Assembly (NCBI GenBank): GCA_030390025.1 | Contig: JASTWF010000033.1 | Span: 6,016,001-6,080,000, forward strand | From: Squalus acanthias | Lineage: Eukaryota | Direction: 5' to 3' | DNA: 64,000 nt | In this document: piece after piece, positions 1-12,639 of the stretch | Position numbering within the stretch: position 1 is the first letter of the stretch | Layout of the letters: every line of letters begins with the position of its first letter | Notes under the pieces: model-generated | What the model was told of the DNA's origin: nothing | What the model saw: only the letters and a program-made list of their open reading frames with translations | Databases searched by the model: none | Program-made: the position numbers and the translations under genes

Positions 1-194
1 GTATTGAGTGTTGTGTGTGTGTACAAATCATTCCAAACATTCAGAAGCATGAGAGATGTGATCTAGTATCTATAAGACAGGGCCTTGGTTTTCACAGGAT
101 TCAGAGGGAGATGTTCCTGGTGATAACATTTTGAGGGAAGCGTAAAAGTTTGTGGCCGCCAGTATTGGGAAAGCATTCTATGTCAGCGTCGATC

Positions 195-397
195 AACAAG
201 AACAAACTGGCGTTTATATAGCACCTTTAATGTAGTAAAACGTCTCAAGGTGCTTCACAGGAGTGTGACCAATCAGAATTTGACACCGAGTCACATAAGG
301 TGATATTAGGACAGGTGAGCAAAAGCTTGCTCAAAGAGGTGAGGTTTAAGGAAGGTCTGAAAGGAGGAGAGCGAGAGAGAGAGGCGGAGAGGTTTAG
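195..397 (-). mobile_element. L2-type LINE 3' end fragment
   Basis: AAC-rich tail then TTTATATAGCACCTTTAATGTAGTAAAACGTCTCAAGGTGCTTCACAGGAG; reverse-complement similar to 45135-45385. Family call from recall. Confidence 0.55.
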
Positions 398-559
398 AAC
401 ATACGGGTGTTCCAGGGAGCAATGCTAAGATGGAATCCATATGTACACAGTTCACCAATAGGAAGGGAGACAGCACAATTCTCAGTGGGTTTTACAGGTC
501 AGCGAGCAGTGGAGGTGAGATAGAGGTGGGACTGGGGAAACTAGTTGTGGAGGATGCAG

Positions 560-990
560 TTTTGGGGCGATACAAAATATTTCCTTTACTTTCTAAATAT
601 GATGGTTGAAGTGAGAATGTTGATGTACTAGAGGAGGATGTGGGTCCACAGTTAGAGATCACTGTAGAGAAGGATTTGGATCTGAGTAAAATAGCCGAGG
701 TGGAGAAGTCACTGGGCTCAGAAATAATGCACCCCAGACTGTTAGAGGAAGTCAGAGAGGAGATAGGAGGGACTGGCCACACCATTTCAACCCACGTTTA
801 ATATCAAAAATATACTGGTGGACTGAAGGAGCCCAAGTGATGATTCTGTTCTAATGTGGAGAGAGGATCAATCTGGTAACCAGAGACCATTGTGTAGAAA
901 CTCCTCAAATCTGTTAATCCAGGTCGAATTAGCGAGCATTTAGCGATATAGGATGATGAGGGGAGGCTGGAACGGATTAGCTGTAGAAAA
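560..990 (+). mobile_element. Highly degraded CR1 ORF2 fragment
   Basis: About 728-770 reads MHPRLLEEVREEI, resembling IYPRILWEAREEI in the CR1 copies in this window. Confidence 0.5.
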
Positions 991-999
991 GTCGTATTG

Positions 1000-2000
1000 G
1001 ACAATTTCACGAACAATGACGGACAGGTAAAGACCCTTTGGTCCATCCAGACTTTCCCAGGCAATTGCGATACTTTGTCGATACTTTGTTCAAGCTGTCC
1101 CAAACAAAACCATGTGATCTCCTGGGTGAGGTGAAAAAAAACAGGTAAAAACACAGGCCAATTTGGGGGATTAAAATACGGGAAATTCATCTCCGACCCA
1201 TCTAGGCGATTGAAACTAGTCCAGCAGCTCAATCTTACACTGAATTCCCGGAAGTGTCTTCCTGTTGTAAGCGGTGATGTCCGCAGCAAACAGGAAGAGG
1301 TCCAGCTCTCGCCTGAAGGAATTCACTGAGTCAGTGTCCACCGCCAGAGAAGGTATCCTGTTCCAGAGGTCGAATATTCTCTGGGAAAAGAACCACCTCC
1401 TGACATCTAACTTAAATCTGGCCTTGCACAACTTAAAATGGTGACCCCTGGCCCTCCGTAAGCTATGTAATTGGAACAAACTGTCAAATGGAACACAATC
1501 GATTCCCTTCAACTTATAAACCGCAATCAGATCACCGCTAAGTCTTTGCTTCTCTAAAGTGTAGATTCTAAACTCTTGGCCTATTTTGATAACTAAGTTG
1601 TTTTATAGTGGGAATTAGTCCAATGTCCCTCCTCTGCAACAGTTTCAAAGCCTCAATATCACCCACCATATGAGGAGACCAAAACTGGACACAGTATTCC
1701 AAGTGAGGCCTTTACCAAGGTCTTGTACTGGGACAGAATAGGTCGTCTTATACCCAACTGTACTATGATTGCAGCCCAATACCCCCTTTGTTCTAGCAAT
1801 CGCTTCACGGCATTGCTCCTGTACCTTTAGAGATGTATCCACTAGAATGCTCATCTTCCGTTCTCCCCCTTATTTAATGCTTCTCCATGAAGGGTGTATG
1901 AATGTTGAGCATTCGCACTGCCCACAGGCACAACATGGCACTTATCCAAGCTAAACATCATTTGCCAGTCATGTGCCCAATCTCCCAACACATTAAGCTG
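1000..2000 (-). mobile_element. Degraded CR1 3' part (RT C-terminus and 3' UTR)
   Basis: ORF 1216-1512 has RGHHFKL...RRWFFSQRIFDLWNRIP; ORF 1851-2171 has WAHDWQMMFSLDKCHV, both CR1 RT C-terminal motifs. Confidence 0.8.
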
Positions 2001-2183
2001 CAGTTTTGTTGAGATGTGACTATACAGGTTGATGGAATGTTGTACATGCGGTGTATGTGGGTTATCAGAAGGTGTTTGATTATGTGGCTCACAGGAGGCT
2101 TCAGCCGTTTGGTATACGATGAAATGTAGCCGCCTGGGTAGAAAGTGGATAATGTGTTTAGTTTTCTCCATTTGTGTTCACAG

Positions 2184-2350
2184 ATCCGAACTCTATAATC
2201 ACTGAGTTCTTGACAAAGTGCGACGATTACCAGCTGTTCCAGTTCACGAAATTCTACCGGGACAGACTGGTGCAGGCGATGGAAGGAGGGGTGGACGGTG
2301 TCAGCTCGTTGTTAACATACGAGAGGCATTTCAGTGAACAAGAACATCGG
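2184..2350 (+). CDS. Coding exon of NLR-like gene, first half of death-fold/CARD-like domain (DPNSIITEFLTKCDDYQLFQFTKFYRDRLVQAMEGGVDGVSSLLTYERHFSEQEHR)
   Basis: Pyrimidine tract + CAG acceptor at 2181-2183, GTGAGT donor at 2351, open frame, ends in phase 0 matching the next exon. Family assignment from recall of chondrichthyan NLR N-termini. Confidence 0.8.
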
Positions 2351-3042
2351 GTGAGTGGGAGGGACACAGAATGAGTCTGGATTATCCAAACATCACAGAA
2401 CTGACAGGAAATCAGATCTTAGAATCGTGGAATGTTACTGAAGTGAAATAGGTCAAATAGGAAAGAAATAGATAAACTGAAAATATTGTGAATCTGAAAC
2501 AATGATAGGAAGAGGTGAAAATACCCAGCGGATCCGTCCGTATCTGTACAAAGGACAGGGGAACGGTTCGGGTATAAGTCTTTGTGGACTGAAAACAAAG
2601 GGAAACAGTTTGACTGAACGGAGAATTACTTAAAGTAAATTAAGGAACTGAGAGACAAGAAAAATCATCTGTGGAATAAATTAGAGGCATTTCAAGAACA
2701 AAAACAAAATGGTAAAATGGTTAAAATGAGAGAGACTGGAACAGGGAAACTAACCCCCAAAAATGAGGATTGAAAACCTGACGCTGTGCAGGTTTTTCCT
2801 CCCCCTGCATCACCGGGGGTCAATTCCAACTTCGGCAGAGACTCAATCCGGGCGGTAGAACCTGTGGTGGAGCGTCACTCCCGGGGACAGCACTTCAGGA
2901 AATTACAGCAAGCAGCCTGTAATGTTCTGTCAGTGACCTTCAATGGAATAGAACTAAATGGAAATGATAATCGGGCAGGGTGTACAATTGACGGTCGAAC
3001 TGCTACCAACTTTCCAAGTTGATAATCTAGGAAATTTACTGT

Positions 3043-6000
3043 CATCCCAACCGCCTGCCCACTACCCATTAACGTTAATATCCCACCTAGTCTAATCCCA
3101 ACCTCCTGCTCACTACCCATTACCGTTAATATCGCACCTAGTCTAATCCCAACCTCCTGCTCACTGCCCATTACTGTTAATATCCCACCCAGTCTAATCC
3201 CAACCTCCTGCTCACTAACCATTACTGTTAATATCCCACCTAGTCTAATCCCAACATCCTGCTCACTACCCATTACCGTTAATATCCCACCAAGTCTAAT
3301 CCCAACCTCCTGCTCATTACCCATTACCGTTAATATCCCACCTAGTCTAATCCCAACATCCTGCTCACTACCCATTACCGTTAATATCTCACCCAGTCTA
3401 ATCCCAACCTCCTGCTCACTGCCCATTACCATTAATATCCCACCTAGTCTAATCCCAACCTCCTGCTCACTGCCCATTACCGTTAATATCCCACCTAGTC
3501 TAATCCCAACCTCCTGCTCACTACCCATTACCGTTAATATCCCACGTAGTCTAATCCCAACCACCTGCTCACTGCCCATTACCGTTAATATCCCACCTAG
3601 TCTAATCCCAACCTCCTGTTCACTACCTCTTACCATTAATATCCCACCTAGTCTAATCTCAACCACCTGCTCACTGTCCATTACCATTAATATCCCACCT
3701 AGTCTAATCCCAACCTCCTGCTCACTGCCCATTACCATTAATATCCCAACTATTCTAATCCCAAACTCCTGCTCACTACCCATTACCGTCAATATCCCAC
3801 CTAGTCTAATCTCAACCTCCTGCTCACTGCCCATTACCGTTAATATCCCACCTAGTCAAATCCCAAACTCCTGCTCACTGCCCATTACCGTTCATATCCC
3901 ACCTAGTCTAATCCCAATCTCCTGCTCACTACCCATTACTGTTAATATCCCACCTAGTCTAATTCCAATTTCCTGCTCACTGCCCATTACTGTTAATATC
4001 CCACCTAGTCTAATCCCAACCTCCTGCTCACTGCCCATTACTGTTAATATCCCACCTAGTCTAATCCCAACCTCCTGCTCCCTACCCATTACTGTTAATA
4101 TCCCACCTAGTCTAATCCCAACCTCCTGCTCCCTACCCATTACTGTTAATATCTCACCTAGTCTAATCCCAACCACCTGCTCACTGTCCATTACCATTAA
4201 TATCCCACCTAGTCTAATCCCAACCTCCTGCTCACTGCCCATTACCGTTAATATCCCAACTATTCAAATCCCAAACTCCTGCTCACTACCCATTACCGTC
4301 AATATCCCACCTAGTCTAATCCCAACCTCCTGCTCACTGCCCATTACCGTTAATATCCCACCTAGTCTAATCCCAACCTCCTGCTCACTACCCATTACTG
4401 TTAATATCCCACGTAGTCTAATCCCAACCACCTGCTCACTGCCCATTACCGTTAATATCCCACCTAGTCTAATCCCAACCTCCTGTTCACTACCTATTAC
4501 CATTAATATCCCACCTAGTCTAATCCCAACCACCTGCTCACTGTCCATTACCATTAATATCCCACCTAGTCTAATCCCAACCTTCTGCTCACTGCCCATT
4601 ACCGTTAATATCCCAACTATTCTAATCCCAAACTCCTGCTCACTACCCATTACCGTCAATATCCCACCTAGTCTAATCCCAACCTCCTGCTCACTGCCCA
4701 TTACCGTTCATATCCCACCTAGTCTAATCCCAATCTCCTGCTCACTACCCATTACTGTTAATAACCCACCTAGTCTAATCCCAATTTCCTGCTCACTGCC
4801 CATTACTGTTAATATCCCACCTAGTCTAATCCCAACCTCCTGCTCACTGCCCATTACTGTTAATATCCCACCTAGTCTAATCCCAACCTCCTGCTCCCTA
4901 CCCATTACTGTTAATATCCCACCTAGTCTAATCCCAACCTCCTGCTCCCTACCCATTACTGTTAATATCTCACCTAGTCTAATCCCAACCACCTGCTCAC
5001 TGTCCATTACCATTAATATCCCACCTAGTCTAATCCCAACCTCCTGCTCACTGCCCATTACCGTTAATATCCCAACTATTCAAATCCCAAACTCCTGCTC
5101 ACTACCCATTACCGTCAATATCCCACCTAGTCTAATCCCAACCTCCTGCTCACTGCCCATTACCGTTAATATCCCACCTAGTCTAATCCCAACCTCCTGC
5201 TCACTGCCCATTACCGTTAATATCCCACCTAGTCTAATCCCAATTTCCTGCTCACTGCCCATTACTGTTAATATCCCACCTAGTCTAATCCCAATTTCCT
5301 GCTCACTACCCATTACCGTTAATATCCCACCTAGTCTAATCCCAGCCTCCTGCTCACTGCCCATTACTGTTAATATCCCACCTAGTCTAATCCCAACCTC
5401 CTGCTCACTGCCCATTACTGTTAATATCCCACCTAGTCTAATCCCAACCTCCTGCTCACTACCCATTACCGTTAATATCACACCTAGTCCAATCCCAACC
5501 TCCCGCTCACTACCCATTACCATTAATAACCCACATAGTCTAATCCCAACCTCCTGCTCACTGCCCATTACCATTAATAACCCACCTAGTCTAATCCCAA
5601 CCTCCTGCTCACTGCCCATTACTGTTAATATCCCACCCAGTCTAATCCCAACCTCCTGCTCACTGCCCATTACTGTTAATTATCCCACCTAGTCTAATCC
5701 CAACCTCCTGCTCACTGCCCATTACCGTTAATATCCCACCTAGTCTAATCCCAACCTTCTGCTCACTACCCATTACTGTTAATATCCCACCTCGTCTAAT
5801 CCCAACCGCCTGCTCACTGCCCATTACTGTTAATATCCCACCTAGTCTAATCCCAACCTCCTGCTCACTGCCCATTACTGTTAATATCCCACCCAGTCTA
5901 ATCCCAACCTCCTGCTCACTAACCATTACTGTTAATATCCCACCTAGTCTAATCCCACCATCCTGCTCACTGCCCATTACTGTTAATTATCCCACCTAGT

Positions 6001-6323
6001 CTAATCCCAACCTCCTGCTCACTGCCCATTACCGTTAATATCCCACCTAGTCTAATCCCAACCTTCTGCTCACTACCCATTACCGTTAATATCCCACCTT
6101 GTCTGATCCCAACCTCCTGCTCACTACCCATTACTGTTAATATCCCACCTCGTCTAATCCCAACCGCCTGCTCACTGCCCATTACTGTTAATATCCCACC
6201 TAGTCTAATCCCAACCTCCTGCTCACTGCCCATTACTGTTAATATCCCACCTAGTCTAATCCCAACCTCCTGCTCCCTACCCATTACTGTTAATATCCCA
6301 CCTAGTCTAATCCCAACCTCCTG
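3043..6323. repeat. 51-bp minisatellite, about 64 copies (CCCATTACCGTTAATATCCCACCTAGTCTAATCCCAACCTCCTGCTCACTG)
   Basis: Visible tandem unit; 17-aa periodicity in minus-strand ORFs. Confidence 0.98.
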
Positions 6324-6800
6324 TTGGCCGCATTATGTTTAGTATCACAATTAGTCCAGGTGCAATCTTCTCTTCACTCCCCATACTCCAGCATTCCTTT
6401 CTATCCACGCAGCAATAGAAATAGATTTTATCACGAAAATGTCGACTTGCTTCCACAAAGGTCTGTGTGGTTGAATTCTGCTTTCTAACCACCTCGTGTG
6501 TAAATAACATTTATTAACGTTCACCCCAATTCTTCGAATTAGTCTAAATATGTGCCCTCCGGGCAATCAGTGGAACCTTAGTAACTATTTATTTGATCAT
6601 AACTCTTAAGAATCTGAAGACTTGCAGCAACTTCTCACTTAATCTGCTCACCTCTAGTGGAATGAGGCCAATGTTCTCAAATCGCAGTCTCTAACAGTAA
6701 CTCCAAATCCCTGCTAACATCCCAGTGCAATTGTACGCCTGTTTTTCCATTGCTTTTACATTGTATAAATGGAGTCTCCAAACTTGTACACAACTGGGTA

Positions 6801-7100
6801 AATTACCAGCCCCTGAGCTCCTGGTGTGGAACGTCACTGCCCAGGGGGGAACATGTGGAAATTGAGATTATTCAGTCTGTAATTACCTGCCCCTGTGCTC
6901 TTGGTGTGGAACGTCGCTGCCCAGGGGGTAACATGAGGAAATTGAGATTAATCAGTCTGTAATTACCTGCCCCTGTGCTCCTGGTGTGGAACGTCACTCC
7001 CCAGGGGGAACATGAGGAAATTGAGATTATTCAGTCTGTAATTACCTGGCCCTGTGCTCCTGGTGTGGAATGTCACTCCCCAGGGGGATAACTCAGTCTG
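6801..7100. repeat. About 80-bp tandem repeat, about 3.7 copies
   Basis: AATTACC...CTGGTGTGGAACGTCACT...CAGTCTGT units start near 6801, 6881, 6961 and 7040. Confidence 0.9.
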
Positions 7101-7671
7101 TCATTTACCGTCCGCTCACTTTAATGGTTTGGTTTCTGCACCATTTTGTTCACGGAGTGAGTGACTGGGGAATGAAATAGTTTTAGTTTCATATTTTTGC
7201 AATAGGCCAGATTTTGCAGTAGAAATAACGGTGGGGCTAACAGCGCTCACTGTTATTAAAGTGTAAATTGGACAATAACTTCCAGCGACCGCACATGCGG
7301 AGTTAAACACGAAAATTGGGAAGTTGCTGTCCGAGTTGCCCCTGCTGCTCCCAAAGCTGTGCGAGAATGGTATCTCGCCGAGAGACTCGCCATTGTATTC
7401 ATGGAACGACGTAACATTACTGTACTTACCTGATAGATACACAGGAAACTCGCCAGGAAAAGTCAGGGCTTGCCTATTCCAGTGTAATTTGTTCAACGGC
7501 GTGATCAGTCTTAACTAATGCCAAACAACCTCTCTGGCACAGAAAATTAACTTTTACAAGTGTGGAGTCTCATTCCTTCAGATTTTTATTATTGTTGGAG
7601 CTGTGCAAACAAAAATCCAATAATGTTTGTACCGTTTCTTTCTGTCTCTTTTTTCGCTCCCTCTGAATAAA

Positions 7672-8795
7672 GGATAAGAAATATTGGCCCAGAAATTAGA
7701 CTTCGATGGTTGACGTGGGGGTAAGGATCCGGCGCGATCTTACCTACCGCGCCTGCCTTTATGGTTCAGGCCCACAAGAACTTCAGCTCCTGGGCCTCTC
7801 CCTGGTGCCGGCGCACAGTGTATGCGTGTCCCAGGGGCGCAGTTAGTGCGATGCGACCTCTGGGACCACGGGGGCCAGTTAGAGCCAATGGCAGCACACC
7901 ATCCTTCATTCATAGTTTTGACAGCAAGCCCCCAAAAGAACAGCTAAACCTCAATTAATTTTTTTTTAAAACCATCACATTAATAAAATAACTATAGTTA
8001 AATAAATTAACCACTTTAAACAAAAATTTAAATTTTTGAAAAAATTTAAATTCTTTTTAAAAGTTATAAAAATAAACTTACTTTTCTTTAAAGTCTCTAA
8101 AAAAGATAAACCAGTTGAAAAAAATTCAAAATAATACTTAACTAACTACTTACCCTGTTTAAGGGGGGTCTTACGCCTCCTTTTTTCATGTGTAAAATCT
8201 TCCATACTTACCCTCGCGTTCAAACCTGAAAAAGAACCTAAGTGTGCTGCGTGCGCACAGCCTGTAGTGCGCGCACGGTTCACTTAGGAACTGCCCCCTT
8301 CGCAATATCGGAAGTGCCGGTTTCCCGCGCATGCGCAGTGCATGCAGGAAACCGGCACTTCGGTACCGAATACGGGTGAGTACACAGTTCGTACTCTCCC
8401 GTATTCAGCCGAATTTCTGGGCCAATAGCAGGAGTAGGCCATTTATCCCTTCGAGCCTGCTCTGCCATTCAATAAGATCATGGCTGATCTTCTATCTCAT
8501 CTCCCCTTTCCTGCAATATCCCCATATTCCTTGATTCCCTTAAGATTCAAAAATCTATCGATCTCCGCCTTGAATATACTCAACAACTGAGCCCCCGCAG
8601 CCCTCTGGGGTAGAGAATTCCAAAGATTCACCACCCTCTAAGTGAAGAAATTTCTCCTTACCACAGTCCTTAATGGCCGACCCCTTTTTCTGAGACTGAG
8701 AGCCCTGGTTGCAGACTCCCCAGCCAGGGCAAGCATCCTCCCTGCATCTACCCTGTCAATCTCTGTAAGAATTGTGTATGTTTCAGTGAGATGCA
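7672..8795 (-). mobile_element. CR1 3' end fragment split by a MITE
   Basis: ATAAGAAAT at about 7674 resumes as AGCAGGAGTAGGCCATT at 8427; 8427-8790 matches the CR1 3' ends at 23460 and 48490. Confidence 0.75.
7686..8423. mobile_element. MITE with 12-bp terminal inverted repeats (PIF/Harbinger-like)
   Basis: GGCCCAGAAATT at 7686 and AATTTCTGGGCC ending 8423; AT-rich centre; interrupts a CR1 tail; flanking trimers ATT/AAT are an imperfect TSD. Confidence 0.65.
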
Positions 8796-8989
8796 TTCTG
8801 AATCCAATCTTTCTTTCCCTCTTTTTATTTCACTTTCTGTATGTAATTTGACATTGCATTCTATATTCTAACTAAGACTTCCTGGTTCAGACTTTGCGTA
8901 AGGATTCTTCAAGCTGATTGGTTAAGGAAACATACAGTCGCTTCTCCTGTTCCCTCTGTAGAGGGCGCTGGGCGTTTTGGCTCTAATTT

Positions 8990-11200
8990 GCACTGACGAT
9001 GAAGGAACGGCGATACATGTTCAAGTCAGGATCGGATGTTACTTGAAGTGGAACTTGGAGGTGGTGGTGTTTCCATGCAGATGCTGCTCTTGTCCTTCTA
9101 GGTGGCAGAGGGCGCGGGTTTGAGAGGTGCTGTCAAAGAAGCCTTGGCGAACTGCTGTAGTTCTTTCTGTAAATAGCACACACTGCAGCGATGGTGCACC
9201 GTTGGAGGAGGGATTGGATGTTTAAGGTGGTGGGTGGGCTGCCGATGAATCGTATTTCTCTGTCCTGGATTGCGTGGAGCTTCTTGAGTGTTGTTGCAGC
9301 TGCACCTATCCAGGCAAGTGGAGAGTTTTCCATCACACGCCGCAGTTGTACCTTATAGGTGCAGGAGAGGCTCCTGGGTGGCAGGAGTTGAGCCACTCGC
9401 CACAGAATACCCAGCCTCTTACCTGCTCTAGTAGTCACGAGTTTTTTTGTGGCTAGTCAATGGTAGGGATTTGACGATGCCAAGGAATGTTTCCCTTGGC
9501 GGGTGAGAACAGAACTAGAGGACATAATTTAAGGATAAGGGCTAAACCATTTAGGACAGAAATGAGGGGGAATTTCTTCACTCAGAGGGTGGTGAACCTG
9601 TGGAACTCATTGCCACAGAGGGCAGTGTACGCCAGCTCATTAAATATATTTAAGAGGGAATTAGATATATTTCTACAGGCAAAAGGGGTTAAGGGTTACG
9701 GAGAGAAGGCGGGGACGGGATACTGAATTGGAGGATCAGCCATGATCTCATTAAATGGCGGAGCAGGCTCGAAGGGCCGGATGGCCTACTCCTGCTCCTA
9801 TCTTCTATGTATCTATGTATCTATGAATGACAAAGGGACATGGTTGGACTCTCTTGTGGGAGATGGGCGTTGCCTGACACTTGTGGGGCGCGAATGTTAC
9901 TTCCCACTTGTCCGCCCAAGCCTAGATTTTGTCGAGGACTTGCTCCATGCAAGCATGGGCCGCATCATTATCTGACGAATTGAAAATGGAGCTGAACACT
10001 GCAATCATCAGAGAACATCCCCACTTCTGGCTTTATGATGGAGGGAAGGTAAATGCCGAAGCAGCTGATGTGGTTAGTCCGAAGACTCTGCCCCGAGGAA
10101 CTCCTGCAGTGATGTCCTGGTGCTGAGACGATTCGCCTCCAACAACCACACTCCATGGTGCCACACACGTCGAACACTGCCTTGGTATCAAGCACAGTCA
10201 CTGTCACCTCACAGCTGGAATTCAGTTCTTTGGTCCTTGTTTGGAGTCGATTGGTCCTGGTGGAACTCAAATTGAGCCTCGGTGAGCATCTTATTTGTGA
10301 TTAAGTGCTGCTTGATAGCAGTGTTGATAACTTCTTCCAACACTTTGATGATTGAGAGCAGGCTGATGGGGCGGTAATTGATTGGGTTGGATTTGTCCTG
10401 CTCTTTGTGGACAGGACATACCTGGACAATTCTCTACATTGTCGGGCAGATTCCAGTGTTGTGGATGTACTGGAACAACTTTACTAGATGTGCAGTTAGT
10501 TCCAGAGCACAGATCTTCAACACCACAGCCAGAATGTTGACGGGACCTTTAGCATTTGCTGTGCCCAGTTCATTCATTTGTTTCTTGATATTGAAATGCG
10601 GGGGAACTAGGCACTAAATCTCACACCTGCTGTACATTCTGGATCCTTTGTCACCTTTAGTGCTTCCTCCAAGTTGTGTTCATCGGCTGAGGGAGAGCAG
10701 AAGGTGGTAATCAGCAGGAGGTTTCCTTGCCAATGTTTGACCTGAACCCATGAGACTTCATAGGCTCCGGAGTCAATGTTAATGATTCCCAGGGCACTTG
10801 CATCTGAGGGTATATCACTGCCCCACCGCTGGTGGATCTGTCCTCCTGGGACAGGAAATACCGATCAATGTCACTGATTCCCAGGACACTTGTACCTGAG
10901 GGTATATCACTGTGCCACCGCTGGTGGGTCTGTCCTACTGGGACAGGAAATACCGATGAATGCTGATGGAGGTGCCTGGGACGTTGGCTAATAAATATGA
11001 TTTTATAAGTATCACTACGTCACACAGTTGCTTGACTAATATGTGGTCCACTTCTCCCCACTTTGGCACCAGTCCCCTGGTGTTAGTGAGGAGGGCTTTG
11101 CAGGGTTGACTGGGCTGGGTGTTCCTTCGTCGTGTCTGAATCCAATGCCGAAGCCGAGCGGTCCGCCCGGTTTTATTCTTCCGTATCCTTCTTTCGAGAG
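8990..11200 (-). mobile_element. Degraded CR1/L2-group LINE of a second lineage
   Basis: ORF 9133-9438 (RAGKRLGILWR...YKVQLRRVMENSPLAW...TLKKLHAIQDR) and 9968-10270 (LDTKAVFD, PGHHCRSSSGQS region, GMFSDD) are decayed LINE RT motifs. Confidence 0.7.
9480..9825 (+). mobile_element. 5'-truncated CR1 3' end inserted in the older LINE
   Basis: ORF 9487-9726 MFPLAGENRTRGHNL...FFTQRVVNLWNSLP...GYGEKAGTGY, followed by 3' UTR and (TATCTATG)n tail. Confidence 0.9.
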
Positions 11201-12296
11201 GATTTCTTGGCCATGTCAGAGGGCATCACACTGGTGAAGGACTGGAGTCACGTATAGACCAGGCATAAAGGGCATTGGGTTTTACGACAATCCTTTCTAA
11301 TGCCAGCTTTTTATTTCGAAATGTTTCAAATTCGAATTTGAATTCAAATTCATGAAACAACCACGATGATATTTGAACCGTTGTCTCTGGATTACTCGTC
11401 CAGTAACATAACCAATAGGCTATCATTCTCGACGCCTCGTCATCTCTCTGTCCATTGTCTGATTGTACCTCTGTGAAGTGTCTTTTGACGTTTTCTTTTC
11501 TGCATTAAAGGTGTTATATAATATAAATTTTGATGATGAAAGTCCTGACTACACCAATCCCATTACTGGATATCTGTTCCCGGTTACCGAGGTTTCATAC
11601 CGGCAGCGGATGGGCAAAATAACGGGTGTCAGACATTTCAATTACTGGGGGAAAATGTGATTAGATTTTTCAGCATTATTTTTATTGGTCGATTCTCCGG
11701 CCCTATAATCGAAACAATCACTGTTGATGTAGTCAGTGTAATTTCTCAGGCAGTTTTCTAGCTGTTTCTCTCACTTCAGATTCATTCCTTCAGCTGGAGA
11801 TCTGATTCGCTGCTGTTTTATTTCCAATAAATCACAAAGTGTGGCAGCAGGAAAATAAATGTGAGAAATGAGTATCATATTGTCAGTCAGTAATCCGATG
11901 TCGTGTTGGACACTGAAGGACAGAGAAAACTAATCCCATTAAAAGTCAGATGTGCTATAAACGGTTTGAAATCTCCATTTCATCACTTACCTTTCAGGTG
12001 ACTCGGTACTTGGGATAAAACTCGTGCGATGTTCTTACTTTAAAACTGCTGCGGATTCTCATTAATTCCTCGCTCTGAGAACTATATTCGTTCCATTTCC
12101 TGGCCGTTAATGACTGAATCAAGATGTTTACAGAATATGCAGCCCCTGTTCAGAATGGATCAGTACCCGGCCCAGTGACTGCTTTCTGTGCTCAAAATAA
12201 CTGGTAGATCCCATCACTGAGCAGATCCTTCCCTTCTCATACGCTGTGTTTGTCTTTCACTCCGCTCCTCAATATATTGATTATTATTCTTCACAG

Positions 12297-12468
12297 AAAA
12301 TTACTGATCTCGTGGAGAAGGGAAACCGGGCGGACAGTTCCAAACTTCTCCTAACTCTGGTGATGGAGAAAGGCTCTCGGGCCCGAAGGGTGATGTGGGA
12401 ATCCTTTGTGAAAATGCGCCAAGGGGTACCAAAGCTGGACAAAATACTGAAAGAAATGCAGGAACTTG
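12297..12468 (+). CDS. Coding exon of NLR-like gene, second half of CARD-like domain (KITDLVEKGNRADSSKLLLTLVMEKGSRARRVMWESFVKMRQGVPKLDKILKEMQEL)
   Basis: TTCTTCACAG acceptor ending 12296, phase 0 start, GT donor at 12469 in phase 1; LLxxVxxKG motif typical of CARD helices. Confidence 0.85.
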
Positions 12469-12573
12469 GTACGATAAACTCAGACACTGCATTCAATTTC
12501 ACATTCAAACAAAGCATGATTTGCTATAATATTACACAGAGCTGAGTAAATGAATGCTAATTGATTTAAACAG

Positions 12574-12639
12574 GTTCTGATCCATTTGATTACATGAACA
12601 TTGCACGAGGTTTATCTGAAGTACCCAGTCAGCTGAAAG
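12574..12639 (+). CDS. 66-nt linker exon of NLR-like gene (GSDPFDYMNIARGLSEVPSQLK)
   Basis: CAG acceptor at 12571-12573, GTAAGT donor at 12640, phase 1-1, stop-free and in frame with the previous exon. Confidence 0.8.

Noticed and set aside
2875..6284. MGSEQEVGIRLGGILTV repeat ORFs
   Set aside because: Translation of the 51-bp minisatellite, broken by stops and 1-nt insertions, antisense in an intron.
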